Assembly: GCA_964408435.1 (NCBI GenBank)
Contig: CAYOZL010000007.1
Coordinates: forward strand, 1-61,871
DNA length: 61,871 nucleotides
Direction: 5' to 3'
From: an uncultured Bdellovibrionales bacterium
GTDB taxonomy: Bacteria > Bdellovibrionota_C > UBA2361 > SZUA-149 > CAYOZL01
How positions within the stretch are numbered: the first letter of the stretch is position 1; each line of letters opens with the position of its first letter. Position numbers and translations under genes: made by a program. This document shows, piece by piece, positions 39,201-48,298 of the stretch. Below the pieces are notes generated by a model. The model saw only the letters and a program-made list of their open reading frames with translations. It was not told the origin of the DNA and did not search any database.

Positions 39201-40241
39201 ATGTCACTACCAAACTTAATTGTAATCACTGGACCTACAGGAATTGGAAAAAGCTCCTTAGCGATTAAGCTTGCCAAGCAATTAAATACTGAAATAATCA
39301 ATGCAGATTCCGTTCAGGTTTATAAAGGTTTTGATATTGGTTCAGGAAAAGTAACCGAAGATGAAAAACAAGGTGTTAAGCACCATTTACTTTCTTATGT
39401 AGAAGTAAATCAAAAGTTTGATGTAGCTAAATTTTGTAAAGATGCAGATGCTGTAATTAAAGATATTACTAAGCGCGGAAAAATCCCTATAGTTTGTGGC
39501 GGTACAGGAATGTATTTAAGAGCCTTAGTAAGTGGTGTTGCTAAGACTCCTGAAATAAAAGAATCTGCTAGATCTGAGTTAGTTAAACTTGAAAAAGAAG
39601 TTAGTGCTGAGAATTTAAATCAACATTTATATAACTACTTACAGAAGATAGACCCTGATTCAGCTATTGAGGTTAATAAATCTGATATTCAAAGAATAAA
39701 AAGAGCAATTCTTGTTTATTTATCTTCTGGCAAAAGTATTACTGAATATCAAAAAGAGCATAATTTTAGCGACAATAAATACAACACCTTATTTGTCATA
39801 TTAAAAATGGACAAAGAGCAGTTACATCAGAGGATAAATTTGCGGTGTAAAGAAATGCTTGAATTAGGCTTAGTTAAAGAAGTTATCAAGCTCTTAAGCT
39901 CGTATTCCTTGAACAGCAATGCTTTTAATGCTATCGGATATCGCCATATAATAGAGTATCTTAGGGCTGACTATAACGCTGAAAAAATGTTAGAGTTGCT
40001 AAAAAGAGATACAAGGCGTTTTGCGAAAAGGCAAAGAACTTGGTGGAGGAATCAACCTAGGTTTCTCGGATGGCACAGTGTTTTAGATGGAAGTGTTTTA
40101 GATGAATTTCTTACTTTTGCTAAAGAAGGAATACTGAAAGAACAAGGAGATAAGGAAGGAATTAATAGTTTAGTTCAAATTTGTGAACAATACTTTGTAA
40201 AAAAAGAAAGTAGAATTTCATACATAGAAATAGATACTTAG
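39201..40241 (+). CDS. miaA: tRNA dimethylallyltransferase
   Basis: GPTGIGKS, DSVQVY, GGTGMY, AKRQRTW. Confidence 0.97.
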   Translation: MSLPNLIVITGPTGIGKSSLAIKLAKQLNTEIINADSVQVYKGFDIGSGKVTEDEKQGVKHHLLSYVEVNQKFDVAKFCKDADAVIKDITKRGKIPIVCGGTGMYLRALVSGVAKTPEIKESARSELVKLEKEVSAENLNQHLYNYLQKIDPDSAIEVNKSDIQRIKRAILVYLSSGKSITEYQKEHNFSDNKYNTLFVILKMDKEQLHQRINLRCKEMLELGLVKEVIKLLSSYSLNSNAFNAIGYRHIIEYLRADYNAEKMLELLKRDTRRFAKRQRTWWRNQPRFLGWHSVLDGSVLDEFLTFAKEGILKEQGDKEGINSLVQICEQYFVKKESRISYIEIDT

Positions 40242-40283
40242 AACATACATAAAAACAAATACTATAAATATACAGAAAATATA

Positions 40284-41255
40284 ATGACAGACTTTAGCCA
40301 ATATTTAGATTTTGAACAGCCAGTAGTTGAGATTGAAAAAGCAATTCTTGAAGCAAGAAAAGTTGTTGAATCTGGTGATTTATCAAAAGCCGATGAAGTA
40401 AAAAAACTAAAGAAGAAACTAGCTCAGACTAGAAAAGATGTTTACGGAAATCTTAGTGCTTATCAAAGAGTTAAACTCTCAAGGCATTTTGAAAGACCTT
40501 TTACTCAAGACTACATAAATATTTTATTTGAAGATTTTAGTGAGCTCCATGGAGATAGGCTTTTTGGTGATGACGCTGCAATCGTTGGTGGTATAGCAAA
40601 GTTTGGTAATAAGAGTGTGATGGTAATTGGCCATCAAAGAGGAAGAACTACTCAAGAAAGAATTGAAAGAAATTTCGGAATGACAATGCCCGAAGGTAAT
40701 AGAAAAGGTCAGAGACTTTTTAAATTAGCTGAAAAGTTTAACCTTCCATTAATTATGTTTATTGATACTCAAGGTGCATATCCTGGCTTAGATGCAGAAG
40801 CTAGAGGTCAGGCTGAGGCAATCGCAAGGAATTTATTGGTTCTATCTGGCTTAAAAACACCAATAATATCTATAGTAATTGGTGAAGGTGGGAGTGGTGG
40901 AGCACTAGCTTTTGGTGTTTGCGATAAGCTTTTAATGCTTGAGAATTCTATTTATTCTGTAATAAGTCCTGAAGGTTGCGCTTCTATTCTTTGGGGTAAA
41001 ACAAATGAAGATATGGCTAAAATGTCAGCTCAAGTAGCAGAGTCTTTAAAAGTTACCGCAAATGAGTTAGGTAATACTGATATTGTAGACGAAGTAGTTA
41101 AAGAACCCCCTGGAGGAGCTCATAGAGATCATCATAAGGCTGCAGAGCTTTTAGGTGAAGCTATTAGTAAGCACTTAGAAGAATTATCTTCTTATTCAAC
41201 TCAAGAGTTACTTGATAAAAGATACGAGAAGATTAGAAAAATCGGCAATTTTTAA
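40284..41255 (+). CDS. accA: Acetyl-CoA carboxylase carboxyltransferase alpha subunit
   Basis: LDFEQP, ELHGDR, GEGGSGGAL, YSVISPEGCASILW. Confidence 0.97.
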   Translation: MTDFSQYLDFEQPVVEIEKAILEARKVVESGDLSKADEVKKLKKKLAQTRKDVYGNLSAYQRVKLSRHFERPFTQDYINILFEDFSELHGDRLFGDDAAIVGGIAKFGNKSVMVIGHQRGRTTQERIERNFGMTMPEGNRKGQRLFKLAEKFNLPLIMFIDTQGAYPGLDAEARGQAEAIARNLLVLSGLKTPIISIVIGEGGSGGALAFGVCDKLLMLENSIYSVISPEGCASILWGKTNEDMAKMSAQVAESLKVTANELGNTDIVDEVVKEPPGGAHRDHHKAAELLGEAISKHLEELSSYSTQELLDKRYEKIRKIGNF

Positions 41256-41284
41256 ATTTAATAATAATTATATAAAGAAACAAA

Positions 41285-41479
41285 ATGAAAGAAAATAGAT
41301 ACCCACCTGGTTACGTTCCGTTAACAGTCCATAAATTAAGCAATCAAGGGTCAAATAATAGATCCCGTTCAAATGATAACGATAATAGATCTAGAAGATC
41401 GAATAATAACAAAGGTAGACCAAGAAGACGTAGACCTAATTACGACGATAAGAAGTCACAAGAGGATAAGAGCGAATAG
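41285..41479 (+). CDS. Small Arg/Asn-rich hypothetical protein (64 aa)
   Basis: Fills the accA-infA gap; stop codon ends 1 nt before the infA ATG. Confidence 0.55.
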   Translation: MKENRYPPGYVPLTVHKLSNQGSNNRSRSNDNDNRSRRSNNNKGRPRRRRPNYDDKKSQEDKSE

Positions 41480-41480
41480 T

Positions 41481-41738
41481 ATGCCTAAAGATGATCATTT
41501 AGAAATGAACGGTGTCGTAAAAGAATGTTTTCCAAACACTTCTTTTAGAGTTGAGACAGAAAGTGGACATGAGCTTCTTGCATATTTAGCAGGAAAGCTT
41601 AGAAAGAATTACATTAGAGTTTTACCTGGTGACCATGTAAAATTAGAAATTTCTCCTTATGACTTATCTAAAGGTAGAATTACTAGACGTTATAGTAAGC
41701 CACCTGTAAAAGAAATACCCCCAAAAGACACAGAGTAA
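41481..41738 (+). CDS. infA: Translation initiation factor IF-1 (start at 41481, not 41373)
   Basis: [46 protein letters not shown]. Confidence 0.95.
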   Translation: MPKDDHLEMNGVVKECFPNTSFRVETESGHELLAYLAGKLRKNYIRVLPGDHVKLEISPYDLSKGRITRRYSKPPVKEIPPKDTE

Positions 41739-41848
41739 GAAACCGAATAATCGTTATAGATATTTTTGTGTAACTTTATAGAATTATAAGGTATTATTTT
41801 ACCTATTAGCATAGCTACGAGCATTAAATAGCTATTGAACCTATATGA

Positions 41849-41875
41849 TAACGGCGATCATCTAAATCGTCGTTA
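41849..41875. promoter_or_regulatory. Imperfect palindrome upstream of acyl-CoA dehydrogenase
   Basis: TAACGGCGAT-N7-ATCGTCGTTA. Confidence 0.35.
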
Positions 41876-41906
41876 GTATTTAAGCTGGTTAATTTGAGAA
41901 GGGGCA

Positions 41907-43652
41907 ATGACAAAGAAAAATCTAGATAAAGACATAAGTATTATTCAAGCATTATTTTTCGGACACGTAAGTGAGGATAAGATGTTTCCTTACCCTGAGC
42001 TAGACTCAGATGAGAAAGAAACTCTAAATATAGTACTTGATTCAATCAATAAATTTCTAGGTGATAAGCAAGAAGATTTTGCAAAATGGGATGAAGAAGG
42101 TGCTCAGCCTGATGATTTTATTAAAGCACTAAAAGAGCTTGGTTTATTTGGTTTAATTATTGGTGAAGATTACGGTGGAATTGGTTTTTCTAATACTTCG
42201 TATTCTAGAGTAGTTCAAGAAACTAGTAAGCATGATGCCTCTGTATCTTTAACTATTGGAGCTCATAGTTCAATTGGTATGAAAGGCTTGTTGTTATACG
42301 GGAACGATGAGCAAAAAAAGAAATATTTACCAAAGCTTGCAAGCGGAGAAATGATAGCAGCTTTTTGTTTAACTGAAGCAGGTTCAGGTTCTGATGCTGC
42401 ATCGATTAAAACAAGTGCTGTAAAAAACAAAGACGGCACTTGGACATTAAATGGGGAAAAGATTTGGATTACAAACGGAGCTTTTGCAGATTTCTTCACA
42501 GTTTTTGCACGCACAGAGTCTGAGGGTGGAAAGATTTCAGCTTTCATAGTTGAGAGAAGTTTTGATGGGGTAACAAATGGCCCTAAAGAAGATAAAATGG
42601 GTATTAGAGCTTCTGCAACTACTACTATTAATTTTGAAAATGTAGTTGTGCCAGAAGCAAACTTGCTAGGAGAAGAAGGTAAGGGATTTAAAATTGCGAT
42701 GGCTATTTTAAATAATGGAAGAACAGGCCTTGGTGGAGGTTGTGTAGGTGGTATTAAGAAATTAATTAGTCTAGCAAGTAATCAAGCTACTGAAAGAAAA
42801 CAGTTTGGAAAAAGTATTAGCGAGTTTGGTTTAATTAAAGAGAAAATAACACAAATGACAGTGGATTGTTTTGCTGCAGAAAGTGTCGTTGGAATGGTTG
42901 GGCATTTAATAGACTCAGGCGAGAAAGATTACTCTTTAGAAGCTGCAATTAGTAAAGTTTTTTGCTCAGAGGCATTGTGGAATTCTGCATATGAGGCTCT
43001 GCAAATTGCCGGTGGTAACGGCTTTATGAAAGAGTACCCTTATGAAAGAGTTGTTAGGGATTCAAGAATTAATACAATTTTTGAAGGTACTAATGAAATA
43101 CTAAGACTTTATATCGCTCTAGCTGGAATGAAGGACGTAGGAAAATATCTTAAAGAAGTAGCTAGTAGCACAGAAGAAATTTTTAATGACCCAATTAAAG
43201 GCTTTGGAACTCTCTCTGATTACGCTGCTATGAAGTTATCAAGAATGACTAGCATAGGTAGAGACAAGCTTGGGAGTCATTATAAATGTTTTCAGCATGA
43301 AGCAGATACAATTGATAGGTATTCTAGCGCTTTTGCAGCCGCGGCTGAAGGCTTAATTAGAAGACATAAGAAAGATATCATTAATAAGCAGTTAGCAACT
43401 AAAAGATTAGGGGATGTAGCAATTGATCTTTTTGTTAGTGTTTGTGTGCTTTCAAGAGCTTCTAAAATAGTTGCCGAAAAAGGGGAAGAAAACTCTAAAA
43501 CAGTAATTGATATTGCAAAAGTTTTTATCAGAAATGCAAGACGTAGAATGACCGGTAATATCAGAGGTCTTGATAGAAACGATGACGAGAAGCTTGAGTC
43601 TATAGCAGATTATATTTTTGATAATAAATCTTACCCTTGGGATATTATATAG
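41907..43652 (+). CDS. Acyl-CoA dehydrogenase (ACAD9/VLCAD-like)
   Basis: FCLTEAGSGSDA, KIWITNG, KMGIRAS, IFEGTNEI, C-terminal extension. Confidence 0.94.
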   Translation: MTKKNLDKDISIIQALFFGHVSEDKMFPYPELDSDEKETLNIVLDSINKFLGDKQEDFAKWDEEGAQPDDFIKALKELGLFGLIIGEDYGGIGFSNTSYSRVVQETSKHDASVSLTIGAHSSIGMKGLLLYGNDEQKKKYLPKLASGEMIAAFCLTEAGSGSDAASIKTSAVKNKDGTWTLNGEKIWITNGAFADFFTVFARTESEGGKISAFIVERSFDGVTNGPKEDKMGIRASATTTINFENVVVPEANLLGEEGKGFKIAMAILNNGRTGLGGGCVGGIKKLISLASNQATERKQFGKSISEFGLIKEKITQMTVDCFAAESVVGMVGHLIDSGEKDYSLEAAISKVFCSEALWNSAYEALQIAGGNGFMKEYPYERVVRDSRINTIFEGTNEILRLYIALAGMKDVGKYLKEVASSTEEIFNDPIKGFGTLSDYAAMKLSRMTSIGRDKLGSHYKCFQHEADTIDRYSSAFAAAAEGLIRRHKKDIINKQLATKRLGDVAIDLFVSVCVLSRASKIVAEKGEENSKTVIDIAKVFIRNARRRMTGNIRGLDRNDDEKLESIADYIFDNKSYPWDII

Positions 43653-43746
43653 TTGACTCAGTTTAATTTTCAGTGTGAAGGCTAAAGCCTAATTTTACTA
43701 AAAATCAACCTGAGTCAACTATATCCTGTTTCCCGCTGCGCTCGGC
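43647..43746 (+). repeat. Dispersed palindromic element, copy 2
   Basis: Perfect 15-bp arms ATATAGTTGACTCAG (43647-43661) / CTGAGTCAACTATAT (43710-43724) followed by the tail. Confidence 0.9.
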
Positions 43747-43776
43747 AATATAGAAGCTAAAAGAGATAAAGCCTTT

Positions 43777-44208
43777 TTACTTTTTTTCAGAAAGATCTTT
43801 TAGTTTCTTTAAAAAAGCAGTGTCACCAGATCTAGGTTTTCTTGATTTTGTTTTTCTTGTTTCTTCTAGAGGTTTTGCATCTCCATATCCGTCAATACTA
43901 GCAGCTCTTTCTTCTGCTTTGTCTGCCTTTTCTTTTTTTAGCTCAGTTTCTGATAGTGCGGAATGATTTTTTTTGCTAACTGCACTCCAGCCTTTTTCAT
44001 TACGGCTTTTATCGTATTTAGATCTTTTATCTGGGTCACTTAGAGTTTCCCAAGCATTTTGAATCTCAAAGAACTTTTCATTATCAGCATTTGAACCACT
44101 ATCTGGGTGAAAGACTCTAGCGAGTTCTTTGTATTCATTTCTAATCTCTTCTAATTTTGAATCGGGAGAGACATTTAAAACATCATATAAATCTTTATAG
44201 TTGTTCAT
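43777..44208 (-). CDS. J-domain (DnaJ N-terminal) protein
   Basis: DLYDVLNV..FHPD..F.EIQNAWETLSDP.KR..YD. Confidence 0.9.
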   Translation of the reverse strand: MNNYKDLYDVLNVSPDSKLEEIRNEYKELARVFHPDSGSNADNEKFFEIQNAWETLSDPDKRSKYDKSRNEKGWSAVSKKNHSALSETELKKEKADKAEERAASIDGYGDAKPLEETRKTKSRKPRSGDTAFLKKLKDLSEKK

Positions 44209-44404
44209 TTGTAGTTTTTATTTCTACCTGTTTATAATTATTAGCTATGTTTTGTTACTACGACGTTGTTACGATAACTAAGATTCTTAATTGTGAATAT
44301 AGTAGATATCAAGTATAAATCTATCAATCGAGAAAAATCGTATGAAACTAAAATAATTTAGTAAATTGTGTATAAATTTAATATAAAAACGTCTTAGAAT
44401 TGAT

Positions 44405-45166
44405 ATGGCAAAAATATTAGTCCCAGTTAAAAGAGTTCCTGATTACGAAATTAAGCTTAAAATAAATCAGGATAGTAGTAATGTTATTACAGATGGAATT
44501 AAATGGATTCTTAATCCCTTTGATGAAATAGCTGTAGAAGAGGCAATTAGGCTCAAGGAGAATTCTTCAGATGTTGAAGAAATTGTAGTTGTATCAATTG
44601 GCCCAAAGGAAATTTCAGAGCAACTTAGAACGGCTCTGGCAATGGGAGCTGATAAAGCTATATTAGTAGAGAGCAATGACTATGTAGATTCACACGTTGC
44701 CCATCTGGCACTAGCTGAAATTTATAAAAAAGATAAATACGATATGGTTATTATGGGCAAGCAGTCTATTGATTCTGATGCGAATCAAACAGCTCAGTTG
44801 CTTGCTGCTAAGCTGTCAATCGGCCAAGCAACTTTTGCTTCTAAAGTAGAAATAGAAGATTCATGGCAAAGTGCAAAAGTAACTAGAGAAGTTGATGGAG
44901 GGCTAGAAACTATTTCAGTTAAACTCCCTGCAGTAGTAAGTACTGATTTAAGATTAAATGAGCCTCGTTATCCTTCACTGCCAGGAATTGTAAAAGCTAA
45001 GAAAAAACCTATGGAAGAAATTGCGATTGATTCATTAGGAATTAGTCTTGAGCCAAAAGTGGTAATTAAAAAAATGTCTCTACCTGAACAAAGAAGTGCA
45101 GGAGTTAAGGTGCAAAATGTAGCTGAGTTAGTTGAGAAACTTAAGAATGAAGCAAAGGTAATATAA
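44405..45166 (+). CDS. etfB: Electron transfer flavoprotein beta subunit
   Basis: VKRVPD, NPFDEIAVEEA, GKQSID, LNEPRYPSL. Confidence 0.97.
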   Translation: MAKILVPVKRVPDYEIKLKINQDSSNVITDGIKWILNPFDEIAVEEAIRLKENSSDVEEIVVVSIGPKEISEQLRTALAMGADKAILVESNDYVDSHVAHLALAEIYKKDKYDMVIMGKQSIDSDANQTAQLLAAKLSIGQATFASKVEIEDSWQSAKVTREVDGGLETISVKLPAVVSTDLRLNEPRYPSLPGIVKAKKKPMEEIAIDSLGISLEPKVVIKKMSLPEQRSAGVKVQNVAELVEKLKNEAKVI

Positions 45167-45168
45167 TT

Positions 45169-46116
45169 ATGATTTTAGTAATTTTAGATTCTAGTGCAGT
45201 ATCAAAAGCTAGTTTATGTGCAATTAGTGCAGGCTTAAAGCTTAAGTCGCAGAATCCTTCATCCGAAGTAGTTGGTATATTATTAGGCGCTGGTGATTTA
45301 TCAGCAGTTGCAGGTGAGTATACGGCTTATGGTTTAGATAAAGTCTTAACTGCATCCTCTGATAGCATGAAAAACTACTTAGCTGTTCCTTATGCTGAGT
45401 GTGTGGCTAATTTAGATAAAGAACATAATTTTAAATTTATAGTATCTGCAAACACTACATACGGTAGAGATTTAATGCCTAGAATTAGTGGCTTGTTAGA
45501 TATTGCTCAAGCAAGTGATGTATTAGAAATTCTTGATGATGGTTTATTTAGAAGACCAATGTATGCAGGAAATATAATTGCAGATGTTGAGCTTAAAGGG
45601 GAGAAGAAAGCGGTTACTATTAGACAAACTGCATTTGATCCTGCGAAAAAAAGTGACAGCTCTGCTGAAGTTTCTACAGTTGAGGTTGGTAGCTTAAATT
45701 CAGAGCAACAAACATTTGTATCTTTTGATACAGAAGAGTCTGAAAGACCAGAGCTTACAGATGCTGAAGTAGTGATAAGTGGTGGAAGAGCACTTAAATC
45801 AAAAGAGAATTTCGATAAATATATAATGCCACTAGCTGATAAACTAGGTGCTGCTATCGGTGCAAGTAGAGCAGCAGTAGATTCTGGTTATGCTCCAAAT
45901 GATTGGCAGGTTGGTCAAACTGGAAAAGTTGTAGCTCCGAAGTTGTATATAGCAATTGGAATTTCAGGTGCTATTCAGCACTTAGCAGGCATGAAAGATT
46001 CTAAAGTAATAGTTGCAATTAACAAAGATGCAGAAGCTCCAATTTTTGAAATTGCAGATTATGGCTTGGTTGCTGACTTATATGATGTGGTGCCAGAGTT
46101 AATAGAGGCTCTATAG
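45169..46116 (+). CDS. etfA: Electron transfer flavoprotein alpha subunit
   Basis: GASRAAVDSG, QVGQTGK, GISGAIQHLAGM. Confidence 0.97.
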   Translation: MILVILDSSAVSKASLCAISAGLKLKSQNPSSEVVGILLGAGDLSAVAGEYTAYGLDKVLTASSDSMKNYLAVPYAECVANLDKEHNFKFIVSANTTYGRDLMPRISGLLDIAQASDVLEILDDGLFRRPMYAGNIIADVELKGEKKAVTIRQTAFDPAKKSDSSAEVSTVEVGSLNSEQQTFVSFDTEESERPELTDAEVVISGGRALKSKENFDKYIMPLADKLGAAIGASRAAVDSGYAPNDWQVGQTGKVVAPKLYIAIGISGAIQHLAGMKDSKVIVAINKDAEAPIFEIADYGLVADLYDVVPELIEAL

Positions 46117-46117
46117 A

Positions 46118-46576
46118 TTGGCTTTATTTTTTAGGCTTTTACTACTTTCCTTTTCTTTTTTATTATTAAGTAGCTGTTCCAATGTCGATACTACTGAAGT
46201 TAGCTTCGCTAACTTAGATGGCTCTAATTCACCAAAAATCAAAGTTGAAAAAGCATTAACCAAAAATGATAGAAGTTTTGGTTTAATGTTTAGAAAGAAA
46301 ATGCCTCAAGATCACGGCATGCTTTTTGTTTTTCCTACTGAAGAAATAAAAGGCTTTTGGATGAAAAACACTTATATTCCTCTAGATATAATCTATATTT
46401 CTTCGAATAAAAAAGTAGTTAGTATTGTAAAAAATGCAATTCCTTTAACTGCAGTTAGTAGGAGAAGCTTAGCGCCTGCAAAATATGTGGTTGAAGTTAA
46501 TGCTGGTTTATCTGATGAATGGAAAGTTACTCCTGGCTCGACTCTTGTAGGTGATTTACCAGAAGCTCTAGAATAA
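46118..46576 (+). CDS. DUF192-domain lipoprotein
   Basis: GLMFR, GMLFVF, FWMKNTYIPLDIIYI, VEVNAG. Confidence 0.92.
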   Translation: MALFFRLLLLSFSFLLLSSCSNVDTTEVSFANLDGSNSPKIKVEKALTKNDRSFGLMFRKKMPQDHGMLFVFPTEEIKGFWMKNTYIPLDIIYISSNKKVVSIVKNAIPLTAVSRRSLAPAKYVVEVNAGLSDEWKVTPGSTLVGDLPEALE

Positions 46577-46602
46577 AAAGTTATCTAGCTTCCTTTAGCT
46601 CC

Positions 46603-48252
46603 CTATTTTATTGGTATGTCCTTATTGAAGTTTAAAATGCTACTAGAATCCCAATTAGCTATATTGTTCATATGGTCCCAGAGCCCTTGTATGTCTTTGC
46701 TGGGAGTAACTAAATTTGCATAAGTAAAAAATTTGTCTTTAAGCATTTGCTTGAAGTCTTTGCGGTCATTAAGGGCATGCCCAACTGGGTAGTCCATTTC
46801 TCCTTTCCATTGCGTGCCATCTTTAAGTTTAATACTTAGCTCAGATGGAATGCCTTTAGGGTATCTTGCGCTAAGCTCTTTACTTGGTTCCTTTAGCGTA
46901 ATCTTTGGCATTAAGTTCCAAGTAAAAGGATTTTTATCTTTATTAAGAGCATCTCCTCTATAATCTGACGGCATCATGATTACATCGGCTCTAGTTAGTT
47001 CTCCTTTTTCTTTTAAAGCTCTAAGAGCTTTTTTGGCAAATTGTGAAAGAATAAACATTGCGGAGTGATCTGCTTCTTCTGTTGTGCCTGGATTCCATTT
47101 CTCGGGTAGGCCAATTATTTTCCATGCATCTAGGTAGATGTGAATTTCAATTGATTCAAAAATTTCTTCTTCATCTATATTTTTGAGTTTTTCTTTATTC
47201 TCTTGAATAAAGTCATACATTAAATCCATTAAACTAGCTGCTTGATGTTCATGAATGCCCCAAAGTTTATGATGGTGGTTTTGGTTTACGCACCAGTCTT
47301 TTGCATCTCCTGTTACTAGAATATTAATCTCAAATGGAGAATGGTCTTTTTCTACATTAGGGTATGCACAAAACATGCCTTTAGTATTTCTAAAAACATC
47401 CCCAGTGGAAGTAATACCTCCAGATGTTGCTTCTTTAGCATGTTGAATAACTCTTTGAGCGAGAATACCCGCTGCTAGCCCTTTTGAATTACCCATTTCA
47501 GCATCTGTTGATGCTTGTCTTGAAGAGCGCATTGCTACGTTATGACCTGTAAGAAGTCCCATTGCGTTTTCAATATTATCAACAATATTTTTACTGAATT
47601 TAATATTATCTACGCTTTTTTCTCCATCAATAATAAGCATATAAATTATTAGACATGCCATGCCTCCGTCCATCACATGGTCATGGGCGTGTTGTCGTAG
47701 ATTAATGTGTGCACAAAGTGTGCCGTGGAGTTGTGTGTAGTAGGCCATTGCTTCAAGGGTGTCTCTGCCGTTATAGTCTTTTTGTTGGCAAGCACTAAGA
47801 ATTACTTCCATCCATTCAAGATGAGCGAATTCACCTGCGTTTGCTCCTGTGTTTTGGTCATTGCCAAAAATTGTAGGGTTGGTATCAAGAATTCTTCTTA
47901 CGGCTACATTTGCGTATACAGCGTTCGATGCGTGGATAGGAACATTAGAGCCGAGCATATAGCCAGTAGAAACTTTATCTAGTTGTGAATCATGTACTTG
48001 AAACCCTAATTGAATATCTCTTAGGGCTTTAATTTCATGCGTAGTTAATCCACCTAGTGAGGAAGCTAATTCATCAATCCACAATTCTTGGCATCTTATA
48101 AGAACTTCTTCAGGTGGGCTGCCATACTTTCCAGATAGCATGTCTTTAGCTGTTTCAATTAATCCACGAGTTTGATTAGAGTTTGCGGGTAGATTTAGGA
48201 TGTTTTTTTTATACATATGCTCTGTAGTTGAATTGCTTGATATAGCTATCAT
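46603..48252 (-). CDS. prpD: MmgE/PrpD-family protein (2-methylcitrate dehydratase-like), divergent
   Basis: PGTTEEADHS, RYPKGIPS, YPVGHALN..KF C-terminal motifs resembling PrpD. Confidence 0.7.
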   Translation of the reverse strand: MIAISSNSTTEHMYKKNILNLPANSNQTRGLIETAKDMLSGKYGSPPEEVLIRCQELWIDELASSLGGLTTHEIKALRDIQLGFQVHDSQLDKVSTGYMLGSNVPIHASNAVYANVAVRRILDTNPTIFGNDQNTGANAGEFAHLEWMEVILSACQQKDYNGRDTLEAMAYYTQLHGTLCAHINLRQHAHDHVMDGGMACLIIYMLIIDGEKSVDNIKFSKNIVDNIENAMGLLTGHNVAMRSSRQASTDAEMGNSKGLAAGILAQRVIQHAKEATSGGITSTGDVFRNTKGMFCAYPNVEKDHSPFEINILVTGDAKDWCVNQNHHHKLWGIHEHQAASLMDLMYDFIQENKEKLKNIDEEEIFESIEIHIYLDAWKIIGLPEKWNPGTTEEADHSAMFILSQFAKKALRALKEKGELTRADVIMMPSDYRGDALNKDKNPFTWNLMPKITLKEPSKELSARYPKGIPSELSIKLKDGTQWKGEMDYPVGHALNDRKDFKQMLKDKFFTYANLVTPSKDIQGLWDHMNNIANWDSSSILNFNKDIPIK

Positions 48253-48298
48253 AATAGATTAATTAACTTGTAAGTTTCAACTAATTATTTCTTTTTGC

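Noticed and set aside
41373-41480. N-terminal extension of IF-1 in the ORF track
   Set aside because: IF-1 similarity begins at Met 41481; the extension overlaps the upstream small ORF in another frame
43647-43746. Integron attC sites
   Set aside because: Arms lack the RYYYAAC...GTTRRRY orientation, the host genes are housekeeping-type and dispersed, and no integrase is present
44251-44280. TTGTTAC direct repeat in the J-domain/etfB intergenic region
   Set aside because: Two 7-mers in AT-rich DNA; too weak without comparative support
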